Virus record (IMG/VR): IMGVR_UViG_3300012979_000039
Coordinates: 9,055-73,054 of that record
DNA: 64,000 nucleotides
Origin: a virus
Taxonomy: Duplodnaviria > Caudoviricetes
Strand: one strand, 5' to 3'
Both the position numbers and the translations under genes were made by a program. Position 1 is the stretch's first letter. Each line of letters starts with the position of its first letter. The notes under the pieces were generated by a model, which was not told where the DNA came from, searched no databases, and saw only the letters and a list, made by a program, of their open reading frames with translations. This document shows positions 18,403-28,898 of the stretch, piece after piece.

Positions 18403-18465
18403 TTATAATCACAGGGCAAAATTAATAATTATTTTAAAATAATAAAAATTTCTTACGGAAAATTT
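18403..18465 (-). promoter_or_regulatory. Repeated early promoter/operator module, copy 2
   Basis: Identical to 13726..13788; palindrome at 18428..18443. Confidence 0.85.
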
Positions 18466-18620
18466 TATGCCTATTTTATAATATTGTATAATGCAAGCAA
18501 AGCTCTACTATGCTAACTTATTGAAACTTAATAAGAACAAAGTGATTATAATGTAATCGAAAAAATAGAAAAAAGTTTTACCTTTGAGGTGTTTAATTAA
18601 AAATCTTTTCTATTTTTGCG

Positions 18621-19328
18621 ATGAAAAAGAATCTTATTGCAGCATTGGCTACCAAGTTCGAGGGCGTCGATGCAAAAATTCTAAGCAGGATTGCTGACAG
18701 GATTATGTCAGACAAGACTATCGAGTCAGAGGAGGATGTAAACTCAGCCGTAGAAGAGGTGACATTCGCTGACATTCTTAAACACTATGGTGACAGCAGG
18801 GCTACGGAAGCCACCCGAAAAGCAGTTTCTAACTACGAAAAGAAACACGGCATCAAGGACGGCAAGCCGATAGAACTCAACGAGCAGGAAGACGATGACG
18901 AAAGTTCTTCTGACGGCACCAAGAAACAAACCCAACAATCAAATCAGGAAGGAGAGTTGGCAAAACTCCTCAAGCAGATGTCCGCAAAGATGGACGCACA
19001 GGCAGAGGAAATCAAGCAACTCAAACTTGGCAAGGTCGCGGAATCGCGTGAGAAAATCCTTGACGGTGTTATCAAGGACCTCAAAGAGTCACAGAAGAAG
19101 CCTTACAGGCGTTACACCCTTGAATCTATGACAGACGAGGAGTTTGACGCGTTTATTGAGGAGATAACAGGTGAGGTGGCGGAAGTGGTCAAGGAAAACA
19201 AAGCCACAGAAGCAGCCGGGTTCAACCCTCTTTTTGGCGGTCAGAGACATAGTGACGAAGGCCCTGACACGAAAGCGACCGATGCCGAAGTGGATGCGAT
19301 TGTGGGCAAACTCGCAACAAACCTTTAA
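18621..19328 (+). CDS. Capsid scaffolding protein
   Basis: Acidic coiled-coil protein directly before the head decoration and MCP genes. Confidence 0.65.
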   Translation: MKKNLIAALATKFEGVDAKILSRIADRIMSDKTIESEEDVNSAVEEVTFADILKHYGDSRATEATRKAVSNYEKKHGIKDGKPIELNEQEDDDESSSDGTKKQTQQSNQEGELAKLLKQMSAKMDAQAEEIKQLKLGKVAESREKILDGVIKDLKESQKKPYRRYTLESMTDEEFDAFIEEITGEVAEVVKENKATEAAGFNPLFGGQRHSDEGPDTKATDAEVDAIVGKLATNL

Positions 19329-19341
19329 TTCGTTCTAAACT

Positions 19342-19728
19342 ATGGCAGATGTAGTTACACTTAACCGTAACGGTTATTTCGTAGATGACGGCAACGAAAG
19401 CAAAGTCATCATCCGTGACCTCGCAGACATCCCAGGTGGTCGTGCTCTTAACATGGAGGACTTCGACGCTGACGTGGTTCGCGCTGGTCATATCATCAAG
19501 CGCACAGTCGCTACAGACTCTTATGCACCACTCGGTGTAAGCAACGACGCTTATGTTGAAGCGGCGGAGGGCGAAGAGATTGTGGGCGTTCTCAAGGTAT
19601 CGGTAACAAAGGAAAGACCTGCAGCAGCAATCATGACCATGGGTCAGGTAAACGCTGCGGCTTCACCTTATCCAGTGACTGAGGAAATCAAGACTGCCCT
19701 TCCGCAGATCAAATTTCTCTATGCGTAA
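19342..19728 (+). CDS. Head decoration protein
   Basis: 128 aa between scaffold and MCP; VRAGHII..YAPL pattern. Confidence 0.6.
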   Translation: MADVVTLNRNGYFVDDGNESKVIIRDLADIPGGRALNMEDFDADVVRAGHIIKRTVATDSYAPLGVSNDAYVEAAEGEEIVGVLKVSVTKERPAAAIMTMGQVNAAASPYPVTEEIKTALPQIKFLYA

Positions 19729-19753
19729 CAACTAAAAAAGGAGGAAATCAATT

Positions 19754-20854
19754 ATGAGTATGCAGACTTCAATGTTTGGTTCATTCATAACCAAGTTCTT
19801 CGGTAGTGTAGTTGGCAAGCTCACTGAGCTTTTCAACGGAAGAAAGGAACAGTCACCTTACCTCTATGAGCGTATGCTTGACGAGGAGTATAGTGCTGAC
19901 CTCACTTGGAATACTTCCGAGTTCGACAACTCAATCGTAGCGGCGGATGTAGTCTCTATGGACTCTTCACTTCCGCTCAAGAAACGCGGCACAATCCGCA
20001 CAGCAAGCGGTGACATTCCTAAGCTGGGTATCAAGAAGCAGATGCGCGAGAAAGCTATCTCCGATGTCGCTGTAATGCAGGCAAAGGGAGTCCAGGCTTC
20101 AGATATCGCTTCAAAGATTCTCAATAATGTGCCGAAGGTAATCTCTGGTATCAAGATCCGTCTTGAGATTATGTTCGAGCAGGCTCTCTCGACCGGACTT
20201 GTTCTCGTGGCTAACGATACTAACGACGGAACAGGAGTTCGTGCTGACTTCGGTTACAAGGCGACGCACAAGTTCAAGGCCACCACAGACTGGAAGAACG
20301 TGGGCACAGCACAGCCTGTGACAGACCTTCATAAGATGTTCGACCAGGCAGACGCTGACGGTGACACCATCGCAAAGGTAATGTTGTCAAAGCAGTACTT
20401 CGACCTTGCACGAAAGAGTTTTGAGGTGCGTGAACTTGTAGCCACTTCACTCAAGCAGACCATCGTGGACGCATCTTATCTTCCTACTCCTACCCGCAAG
20501 GCGACTATTGACGCTCTTGAAGAGGAGTTCGGCTGTACTTTCGAGATTGTCAACGGTTCATTTGTAACCGAAGACGAGGCTGGCAAGAAGACTACCGTGA
20601 AACCTTGGGAGCAGGGTAATGTTGTCGGTCTTACATCTGAAAAGGTCGGCCGTCTTGTACATGGTACACTTGCCGAGGATATGCGCAGGGTTCCGGGCGT
20701 GGCATATGAGAAGTCAGGATTCATCCTCGTTTCCCAGTACAGCCACAACGAGCCTTCGCTTGCCGAATTTACCGCAGCACAGGCTCTTGCTATGCCGGTA
20801 ATCGACAACGGTGGCAATGTATATGTCCTCGACGCAACAGCAGCAGCAGAGTAG
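19754..20854 (+). CDS. Major capsid protein (lambda E-like)
   Basis: 366 aa; AADVVSMDSSLP..KR, IPKLGIKK and RLE.MFEQALSTG motifs; position. Confidence 0.8.
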   Translation: MSMQTSMFGSFITKFFGSVVGKLTELFNGRKEQSPYLYERMLDEEYSADLTWNTSEFDNSIVAADVVSMDSSLPLKKRGTIRTASGDIPKLGIKKQMREKAISDVAVMQAKGVQASDIASKILNNVPKVISGIKIRLEIMFEQALSTGLVLVANDTNDGTGVRADFGYKATHKFKATTDWKNVGTAQPVTDLHKMFDQADADGDTIAKVMLSKQYFDLARKSFEVRELVATSLKQTIVDASYLPTPTRKATIDALEEEFGCTFEIVNGSFVTEDEAGKKTTVKPWEQGNVVGLTSEKVGRLVHGTLAEDMRRVPGVAYEKSGFILVSQYSHNEPSLAEFTAAQALAMPVIDNGGNVYVLDATAAAE

Positions 20855-20889
20855 CGGTAAACAGTAGTAACGGATAAAGCATCGTCATT

Positions 20890-21228
20890 ATGCGAACAGT
20901 GTGTGAGTTGTTGAGGGCGTCAACAAACTTTCCCGTGTCAGCGAATACTATCGAAACATTGGCACTCAAGCGTGGACTTGACCTTAATACTGCTGTTACA
21001 CCTGAACTGGTGAAGTCACGGGAGTATCTTCTTGCCGAAGCGGATATATACAGATGGCTGTACCTTGTAGCAAACATGAGCCAAGGAGGGCAGTCGTATA
21101 ACTTCACCGCAGAGGACAAGGAACATTTCAGGATTGAGGCTAACAAGACCTACATGCTGTTCGGAGAGGACGATATGGTTCTCAAAGATACTGCGAACAG
21201 ATACGGTTACAAGGGCAGCAGGTTATGA
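20890..21228 (+). CDS. Head-tail connector
   Basis: Position after MCP; LAEADIY.WL..ANMSQGG. Confidence 0.6.
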   Translation: MRTVCELLRASTNFPVSANTIETLALKRGLDLNTAVTPELVKSREYLLAEADIYRWLYLVANMSQGGQSYNFTAEDKEHFRIEANKTYMLFGEDDMVLKDTANRYGYKGSRL

Positions 21229-21551
21229 TTATCGAAAACGGAACAATCGAGATTAAATATAAGACCGTCAAGGGTATTGACGCGGAAACTGGATTCCCGG
21301 CCGTAAGTGAGGATATCACTTGGGGCGGTCCCATACCGTGCCAGTGGCAGACGACCAGATATAGCAATCTCGGACAGTCCGAAGCCGGTAACGTCACTGT
21401 CGCTCATTATTCCATACTGATTGAATCGGAAAAGGCATTCACGGGAGAGCAGATAAGGCTACGGGATAACTACGGCAATGTCCTCGGAGAGTTTTCTGTC
21501 ATACAGGTTGAAATCCTTAGTGCGGTCTGTCAGTTACGGATAACAGTGTGA
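21225..21551 (+). CDS. Head closure/adaptor protein
   Basis: Synteny; beta-rich, 108 aa. Confidence 0.55.
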   Translation: MIIENGTIEIKYKTVKGIDAETGFPAVSEDITWGGPIPCQWQTTRYSNLGQSEAGNVTVAHYSILIESEKAFTGEQIRLRDNYGNVLGEFSVIQVEILSAVCQLRITV

Positions 21552-21557
21552 CGGGTC

Positions 21558-22034
21558 ATGGGAGTAAAGGCATCCATACCTCAGGCACAGGTAAGCAGAA
21601 TACTCCGCGAGGAAGTAGCAAGGCAGCAGAAGGTGCTTATAAGAACAATGCTGTACTGTGCGGAAGAGATCACGAACGCCGCAAGAACAACCAATTCATA
21701 TCAGGACCGGACGGGCAATCTTCGAAGTAGTGTAGGCTGCATTGTAATCGTTGACGGAAGAATAATCCAAGAGTACGGATTCGAGCAAGTGAAAGAAGGA
21801 GCACAAGGGGTCACGGACGGGAAGGAGTTCGCACACTCTCTTGTAAGCCGTTTCCCGAAAGGAATAGCAATCATTGCCGTTGCCGGAAAGGAATACGCTT
21901 CATATGTCGCTGACAAGGGATACGATGTCCTTGACAGTGCGGAGGAACTTGCAAAAGTCGTAGTGGAAAAGTCTCTGAGAGAACTCCGAATCATGAAACA
22001 ATCACGTCTTGAACAGGAAAAGAGTAATAAGTAA
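21558..22034 (+). CDS. HK97 gp10-like neck/tail completion protein
   Basis: YQDRTGNLRSSVG and EYASYV motifs. Confidence 0.7.
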   Translation: MGVKASIPQAQVSRILREEVARQQKVLIRTMLYCAEEITNAARTTNSYQDRTGNLRSSVGCIVIVDGRIIQEYGFEQVKEGAQGVTDGKEFAHSLVSRFPKGIAIIAVAGKEYASYVADKGYDVLDSAEELAKVVVEKSLRELRIMKQSRLEQEKSNK

Positions 22035-22453
22035 TGTCAAGAACTGCATCGGAAATACAAGGGGATGTATATGACCTCCTTCGTAAGAGCGACCTTGCAC
22101 AAGGCCTGTCCGGAAGCGTCTATCGCCGAGGATACCGGCCTCGCGACAGCAGATTGGAGGATGCGGAGGTGATATTTACGACAGGTACTCCGGGAGAGAT
22201 TGAGTCAGGAGTTGTGACCATCAACATCTACTGCCCTGACATAGACCCGTATAACAACGGAGTCATGGTTGAAAATGGGCAGAGGATAAGCGAGATAGAA
22301 AAGGCCGCAGATAACTGGGTAAAAACCCTTGTAGCGAGCCGAAGCAATTACCTGTTCTCACTCAAGCAGACTATTCATTCCGTTGCGGACCGAGAGGTAA
22401 AGCAGCATTTCGTGGTTATCCGGCTCTATTACCGTTACTACAACGGCAGGTAA
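22034..22453 (+). CDS. Tail terminator protein
   Basis: Synteny; VVTINIYCPD. Confidence 0.55.
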   Translation: MSRTASEIQGDVYDLLRKSDLAQGLSGSVYRRGYRPRDSRLEDAEVIFTTGTPGEIESGVVTINIYCPDIDPYNNGVMVENGQRISEIEKAADNWVKTLVASRSNYLFSLKQTIHSVADREVKQHFVVIRLYYRYYNGR

Positions 22454-22489
22454 CTAACAACAAAGTTCAATTCATAAAGTCAATAAATC

Positions 22490-22960
22490 ATGGCAGTTAT
22501 TGGATGGGGAAAATGTAGGATTTTCATCGCTGCTCTTGGCGAGTCAGGTTCGCCAGGTTCATGGAGTGAGGTTCCTACCCCCGTAGAAAATTCGACAACC
22601 CTTACTACAACAAAGGGTGACAAGAAGGAGGCAAAACTCGAAGGAGGAGCCAACGAGGATGTGAAGTACGGTAGAAATACGTACGCACTCTCTTATACTA
22701 TCCGTGTCGCAAAGAATAAGAGTATGCCTTTCACATATGTGGACGGAGTGGTAGAGGGAGAGTATGCCGTAGCGGTTCAGCCGGAAGACCCTGCTGTTCC
22801 GGGCATCATGATCTCGAAGTCGGTTGTGTCTGCCGAAGACACATTCTCTACTGACGAGGGTGGTGCCGTTGTGTTCACCCACGACGCACTCCAGCCTGAC
22901 GATGACAAGCAGAGTCAGGTTCAGTGGCAGGTTATCTCAAACCTCGCAGGAGGAGAATAG
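22490..22960 (+). CDS. Major tail tube protein
   Basis: STTLTTTKGDKKEAKLEGG pattern; position. Confidence 0.65.
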   Translation: MAVIGWGKCRIFIAALGESGSPGSWSEVPTPVENSTTLTTTKGDKKEAKLEGGANEDVKYGRNTYALSYTIRVAKNKSMPFTYVDGVVEGEYAVAVQPEDPAVPGIMISKSVVSAEDTFSTDEGGAVVFTHDALQPDDDKQSQVQWQVISNLAGGE

Positions 22961-23041
22961 CATACGGGCGGGCTGCGGCCTTGACAGCAGCACAAGTGGG
23001 GAACGGAGTGAAATCCGTTCCTCGCACCATTTCAAACCAGT

Positions 23042-23743
23042 ATGGAGCCAAGGGAGATTCATAACAGACTCGCAGACGCCATCATAGAGAGGCCGGTATC
23101 CTTTTCCGTCAACGGGGAAAGGATGTTTCTATATCCGGCTACCCTTGGCAAGATATACCTTACTGCATCCATTCTCGATTCGCTGTCACTCATTCAGGAA
23201 GCACTCAAAGAGGACATCTACGCGGAGTCTCTGCGTGTGTGCAAGAAGCACAGGAATGAAGTTGCACGACTGATTGCCTTATATACCGTCAGGACAAGGG
23301 AGGACCATTTCGATGACTCCCTCATAAGCGGACGGGCAGCCTCACTTGCGGAACTTGATGACGAAGAACTTGCGACGCTCCTTGTCATGGTTCTGACGAT
23401 GGATGTGTCTGACGAACTCATATCGGCATACGGCATAGACAAGGAGAGGGATACTGTCAGAAGGATAGTGCGGTATAAGAGCGAGAAGGGAAGCCTCTCA
23501 TTCTGTGGAAGGACCATCTACGGAACCATGATAGACTCTGCCTGTGAGAGGTACGGGTGGACATTAGACTATGTGGTCTGGGGCATATCGTTCACCAACC
23601 TCAAGATGATGACGGCTGACGCTACCGTTTCCATGTATCTGAGCCCGGATGACCAGAGGAAGCTCCATGTGTCGGCTGACCGTGAGGTGATAGATGCAAC
23701 TGACCCGAAGAATTTTGAAAAGATAAGACAAATCCTTGAATAG
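23042..23743 (+). CDS. Tail assembly chaperone
   Basis: Between tail tube and tape measure; GWTLDYVVWGISFTNLKMM. Confidence 0.6.
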   Translation: MEPREIHNRLADAIIERPVSFSVNGERMFLYPATLGKIYLTASILDSLSLIQEALKEDIYAESLRVCKKHRNEVARLIALYTVRTREDHFDDSLISGRAASLAELDDEELATLLVMVLTMDVSDELISAYGIDKERDTVRRIVRYKSEKGSLSFCGRTIYGTMIDSACERYGWTLDYVVWGISFTNLKMMTADATVSMYLSPDDQRKLHVSADREVIDATDPKNFEKIRQILE

Positions 23744-23745
23744 AC

Positions 23746-26700
23746 ATGGCTGGACTTGAGTTTCATATTACGGCAGAGAACCGTGACTTCATCAACAAGG
23801 TGCGTCAGATGCAGGACGCAATGAAGGAAGCATCATCCAAGATTGAATCGGAGGGTGATGCCATTGATGGTGTCCTCAGGAAGATAGGACAGGCGGCCGC
23901 TGCAATGGGAGTGGGATTCTCCGCACAGAAACTGATTAGCGACATCGTTAGGGTGCGAGGTGAGTTCCAGCAGTTGGAGATTGCCATGGAGACCATGCTC
24001 GGCAGTCAGGAGAAGGCTACGGCACTCATGACGCAGTTGACGCAGACAGCGGCCAAGACACCTTTCGGACTGACGGACATAGCACAGGGTGCAAAGCAGT
24101 TGCTCGCCTACGGAACTGCATCGGAGAATGTAAACGAGACCCTTGTCAGACTCGGAAACATCGCATCAGGTCTTTCCATTCCGTTGAATGACCTTGTATA
24201 TCTCTATGGAACCACCATGACGCAGGGACGCCTCTTCACGCAGGACTTGCGTCAGTTCATGGGACGAGGTATCCCGTTGGCTGACGAACTGGCAAAGCAG
24301 TTCGGAGTGGCGAAGAGTGCGGTGGGAGAACTCGTGACCGCAGGAAAGGTCGGATTCCCGGAGGTACAGAAAGCCATCGAGGCCATGACCAACGAAGGCG
24401 GCCAGTTCTTCAACCTCATGGAGAAGCAGTCATCATCCCTCACAGGACAGATTAGTAATCTGGAAGACGCTTGGGATATGATGCTGAACGAGATCGGAAC
24501 AAAGACACAAGGCGTTGCATCTGCGGCAATACAAGGTGTTTCTTCCCTTATAGAGAACTATGAAAGGGTTGGCAAGGTAGTGATGGACATCGCGGTCGCT
24601 TACGGCAGTTACAAGGCCGCTACGGTGGCTGTGTCGCTTGTCCAGAAGATTAACACGCTTGTAATGGAGGAAGCCTCTGTACAGATAGCCTTGGCTGCCG
24701 CACAGCACCACAACCTGTCTCTTGCCCAAGCGAAGTCCGCGGCTTCTACTGTCATTCTCACACGTGCCAAGCAGAAGTTGATAGGAGTGATGAAAGGAGT
24801 CGGAAAGGCCTTGACCAATCCTTATGTCCTTGCAACGGCAGCCGTTGCCGGACTTGCATTCGGCGTGTATAAACTCATTACCTATCAGACGGATGCCGAG
24901 AAGGCGCAGAAGAGACTCAACAAGGCATTCGGTGAAGCGTCTGCATCCGCAGGTGCTGAGATTCGTGAACTAGACATCCTGAAAGGAAGACTGGCCGCCG
25001 CCAAGAAGGGTTCAGTGGAGTATCAGGAGATAAAGGATGAGATTGTAAGCAAGTACGGCAAGTATGACGAGAACCTTGATGCGGAGATAACCAAGGTAGG
25101 TGACCTTACCACCGTCTACGACAACCTTACGACAGCCATTCAGAATGCTGCCAACGCGAGAATGTACGAAAAGTACGTCAGCGAAGAGCAGGAGACATAT
25201 GACAAGGATGTATCCACAAAACTGGAGAAGATTCAGAACAAACTCTACGGCAAGAAGGGAATAGATACCGATGCCGCATCGGAAGCGTATTCCAAGATAT
25301 GGAAGCATATCTTCCAAGGCGAGGAGTTGGACGAAGAGACCGAGGCGATCATAGCGAAGTTCGACAAAGTCCATAGAGTTGTTCAGGAAGATGGAAGCGT
25401 TTTCAAGTATACTACGAATAGTGTAAAAACTCTCATAGGAGGAGTCCAAGACCTGAATAAAGAATACGACTCATACATTGATAGTGCAAGGGAGAGGTTC
25501 GGTCAGGGTGCCTTGGAATCCGACTTCATGAGGGGTGTCAAGAAACTCGACAAGCAGCAACTTGAAGACTTGAAGGCGCAACTTGACGAGGGATTGGAGA
25601 AATTCAAGGAGACTGGCCAGGGACAGTCGTTCAGCCTTGTCTCAGGCGAGAAGATTACGCTCGCTACAGAGCAGGAGATAAAGGACGCAATCGGAAGCGT
25701 AGACGCCTTCCTTGCAAAGTTAAAGCCGAAGCCAACGGACCCTGAACCAGTAGATGAGGACGCCATCAAAAAGGCAAAGAAAGTCGAGAAGAAGGTTGAT
25801 GAGGATGCATCAAAAGCATTGTTTGAACTCAAGAAGGCTCAGACAGAAGATGAAATCAAACTCATTGAACTGGAAAAGGAAAGGAAGATTGACGCTCTGA
25901 AAGAGGAGCTGGAAGCATACAGGGCAATCTACGAGGCTGCCGGAATGGATACCGCTGCCCTTGAAAAGAACTTCGCCACTATGATTGAGGTGGAGGAGAA
26001 GATGGCCGCCATAGATATAGCCAAGGTCAAGAAGGAAAAGGATTCCGAAAGGAAAGCCAAGGAAGCCGAAGAGCATGTGCAGGACCTGCTTGAGACCTAT
26101 CGTTCATACGAAGATGAGAAGCTTGCACTCAAACGGTCTTACAACATGGATACCGCCGTACTCCTTAACAAGTATTTGCAGACGGGAGATGAGCAGTATA
26201 TGCGTTCCATCGAGGAAAGAAGGAAGGCTTACGTAAAGGCTCTCAATCAGCTAGAGAGGGAGATGGGTGGAAGTGACTATCAGCTAGTATTCGGAGACCC
26301 GTCCAAGATGACATCGGAAACCATCAGTAAAGCTCTTGATGTCGCGAAGAAGAAACTGAAGGAGATGGACAAGGAAGCCGACCCGGAATCATATCAGGCT
26401 CTTGTGGAGGCGATAGACAGGCTGGAATCGGCCCGTGACACCAATCCTTTCGAGGGTTGGGATACATCCGTCATGGGATTGATTCAGAGACTGTATCAGA
26501 TTAAGAAGATTAGGGAAGATATTGCAGACGCGGAGTCCCGTGGAGATGACAAGGCCATTGAGAACTACACTGCGAAGTTGGAATCGTCTAAAAAAGACCT
26601 TCGTAATGCCCTGATAGGCACGGGTGCCGATGCCTTTGCCAACAGCCTCTCCCAAGCAGCAGATGCAATGGCTAAGGTTGCGGAGATATCAGGTGATGTC

Positions 26701-28050
26701 CAGCTAACAGAAGCGGCAGAGCAGTTGGGAGCATTCTCGCAGAACCTCTCGGCGGCCGCACAGGGTGCATCTTCCGGCGGATGGATTGGTGCTATTGTAG
26801 GAGGTGTGACGGATATGATTTCACAGACTGTGCAGGCATTCACAGAAGCCAAGGTTCAGGCTGCGGAGGCCGCCGAGAACGCATCTGATTATAGACGGCA
26901 GATTGAAATGCTCAAGTATGTGATTGACGAGGCGGACTTCACATCTGTTTTCGGAGTTGATGAGATGGCAAAGTCCGTTGATGCTTTGGAGAAGGCTTCC
27001 CTTGCTGCGGCCGACTATGAGGCGATGATGGCAGAACTGTCATCCAATACTCTTACTACATTGTACGAGAAACAGACCCAAAGTAATTCGATAGGTGCTG
27101 CAATCTTCGGCGGTTCGTGGGGTTCTCTAAGAAAGGTGGTAAGCAATGAGTTCAAGGGTGCATTGGAAGCGTATGAGAAGGGATACTCCCAGTTGGAAGC
27201 CATGCAGGTAAAGACCGCAGATTACAGCGGTTGGGCTAACTTCTGGGGGAAGAAAGACGAGTACACCGCACTAAAAGACCTCGCTCCTGACTTGTGGGGT
27301 GCTGACGGAGTGTTCAGCGTGGAGAATGCAAAAGTGTTCCTCGAAACCAACACTCAGCTCAATGAAGAGCAGCGTGAGCAGATTCAGAACATCATAGACA
27401 TGAAGGACGCATATGACGAGGCCACCAAGGTCGTTGACGACTATCTTGAAAGCCTCTACGGCTCTTGGGGTTCAGACCTTTCAGAAGCAATATCAGATGC
27501 TGTCGTGTCAGGTGCGGACGCATGGGATGTCTTTGACGACAAGGCGTCAGAGGTAATCAAGAACATAGGAAAGCAGATGATATACAATGCCTTCTTCAAG
27601 GACATCATGGACTCATATCAGGAAAGTCTGAGGTCAGCGGTCGGAGACCCGGAGGCAATGGCTGTCGTTACAGGGCAGTTAGTGGAAAGCCTCAAGAACA
27701 CCTACACGGCCGCTACGGATGCGACGAAACAGTTCTATGACTATGCCAAGGATGTTGCAGGAATAGATGTATACGAAGACTCCGAGGCAAGAGAATCTTA
27801 CAAGAAAAGCGGTATAACTGCATCGCAGGACAGTGTTGACCGTGTGGACGCAAGGCTGACTACCATGCAGGGACACACTTACACTATCAGTGAGGAATGC
27901 CGCAAGACATCGGCTTACAGTTCGCAGATGCTCATGAGGCTGACCGCCATTGAGAAGAATACCTCATATCTCGCTGCTATCAGTCAGGATCTTGCTTCAA
28001 TGAGCAGCGACATCAATGACATTAAGAACAAAGGAGTGGTGATGCTATGA
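23746..28050 (+). CDS. Tape measure protein
   Basis: 1434 aa, helical; N-terminal tape-measure domain (GEFQQLEIAMETMLGS..TPFGL..GAKQLLAYG). Confidence 0.92.
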   Translation: MAGLEFHITAENRDFINKVRQMQDAMKEASSKIESEGDAIDGVLRKIGQAAAAMGVGFSAQKLISDIVRVRGEFQQLEIAMETMLGSQEKATALMTQLTQTAAKTPFGLTDIAQGAKQLLAYGTASENVNETLVRLGNIASGLSIPLNDLVYLYGTTMTQGRLFTQDLRQFMGRGIPLADELAKQFGVAKSAVGELVTAGKVGFPEVQKAIEAMTNEGGQFFNLMEKQSSSLTGQISNLEDAWDMMLNEIGTKTQGVASAAIQGVSSLIENYERVGKVVMDIAVAYGSYKAATVAVSLVQKINTLVMEEASVQIALAAAQHHNLSLAQAKSAASTVILTRAKQKLIGVMKGVGKALTNPYVLATAAVAGLAFGVYKLITYQTDAEKAQKRLNKAFGEASASAGAEIRELDILKGRLAAAKKGSVEYQEIKDEIVSKYGKYDENLDAEITKVGDLTTVYDNLTTAIQNAANARMYEKYVSEEQETYDKDVSTKLEKIQNKLYGKKGIDTDAASEAYSKIWKHIFQGEELDEETEAIIAKFDKVHRVVQEDGSVFKYTTNSVKTLIGGVQDLNKEYDSYIDSARERFGQGALESDFMRGVKKLDKQQLEDLKAQLDEGLEKFKETGQGQSFSLVSGEKITLATEQEIKDAIGSVDAFLAKLKPKPTDPEPVDEDAIKKAKKVEKKVDEDASKALFELKKAQTEDEIKLIELEKERKIDALKEELEAYRAIYEAAGMDTAALEKNFATMIEVEEKMAAIDIAKVKKEKDSERKAKEAEEHVQDLLETYRSYEDEKLALKRSYNMDTAVLLNKYLQTGDEQYMRSIEERRKAYVKALNQLEREMGGSDYQLVFGDPSKMTSETISKALDVAKKKLKEMDKEADPESYQALVEAIDRLESARDTNPFEGWDTSVMGLIQRLYQIKKIREDIADAESRGDDKAIENYTAKLESSKKDLRNALIGTGADAFANSLSQAADAMAKVAEISGDVQLTEAAEQLGAFSQNLSAAAQGASSGGWIGAIVGGVTDMISQTVQAFTEAKVQAAEAAENASDYRRQIEMLKYVIDEADFTSVFGVDEMAKSVDALEKASLAAADYEAMMAELSSNTLTTLYEKQTQSNSIGAAIFGGSWGSLRKVVSNEFKGALEAYEKGYSQLEAMQVKTADYSGWANFWGKKDEYTALKDLAPDLWGADGVFSVENAKVFLETNTQLNEEQREQIQNIIDMKDAYDEATKVVDDYLESLYGSWGSDLSEAISDAVVSGADAWDVFDDKASEVIKNIGKQMIYNAFFKDIMDSYQESLRSAVGDPEAMAVVTGQLVESLKNTYTAATDATKQFYDYAKDVAGIDVYEDSEARESYKKSGITASQDSVDRVDARLTTMQGHTYTISEECRKTSAYSSQMLMRLTAIEKNTSYLAAISQDLASMSSDINDIKNKGVVML

Positions 28051-28898
28051 CAGGGAGTATAATCATAAGCGGCAAAGACATCAAGAGTGCATACGGAGCC
28101 TATCTGGTTGACGGGGCACTCTCCGACCTTCCCTGCTTCCCTGACATGAAGGAGCCGGAAAGGAACGACTGGTACGAGGAGGACGGAATAGAGGTAGACC
28201 TTGAGAAGCCTTGCGTTGAGTCACATGAGATGACCGTCTCGATGATGATGCCCGGCTCTCTTGGGAATGTGTCCAGTCTCATGGAGTATGTCAGGTCCGC
28301 AAGATTCCACGATGTGGAGTTCAGCGAGGCAGGAAGGTCAAGGAAACTGAGGCTTGTATCAATGATGGCTACGGGACTATCGATGGGCCTTTTCGGCATA
28401 GACATCACCCTTGCAGACGAGTCTCCGCTTGAAGGACTGTCGGGAGGGGATGTTACATCATCTTCAAGGCAATGCGGCCTTGCTATGGACGGTGTAGACC
28501 TCTGTGCATACGGCATACTGCTCAACGGCAACGCAGACCATCTGTGGCCTTCTGCCGAGGTGAAGGACAACATACTAGCGGAGTCGGACTTCATCAACGG
28601 AGAGAAGCATTACGATGAGATGGAAGAGGCAGAGGATGATAGGATGAAGGTAACGGTACACAGTGACGACATCAAGGTAGGATGCGTCATGATATCTAAG
28701 TCCATCACAGAGTTTTGGAGAAAGAGGGATGCCCTTTTGACTGCTCTTGTAGCCCCTGGTGAAAGGACTCTTTCGTACATGGGAAGGTCGTACAAGGCAT
28801 ATTATAAGAACTGCAACTCATCGCTCTTTGACTACAGCGGTGGAAAGAAGTGGTGGGAGTTCGAACTGACATTCGGATATATAGGTGAAGTGATATGA
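28047..28898 (+). CDS. Distal tail/baseplate protein
   Basis: Follows TMP; two-repeat layout, NDWYEEDGIEVDL. Confidence 0.6.
   Translation: MTGSIIISGKDIKSAYGAYLVDGALSDLPCFPDMKEPERNDWYEEDGIEVDLEKPCVESHEMTVSMMMPGSLGNVSSLMEYVRSARFHDVEFSEAGRSRKLRLVSMMATGLSMGLFGIDITLADESPLEGLSGGDVTSSSRQCGLAMDGVDLCAYGILLNGNADHLWPSAEVKDNILAESDFINGEKHYDEMEEAEDDRMKVTVHSDDIKVGCVMISKSITEFWRKRDALLTALVAPGERTLSYMGRSYKAYYKNCNSSLFDYSGGKKWWEFELTFGYIGEVI

Noticed and set aside
23042-23743. Programmed -1 frameshift in the tail chaperone
   Set aside because: A single continuous ORF reaches the tape measure gene; no convincing slippery heptamer found
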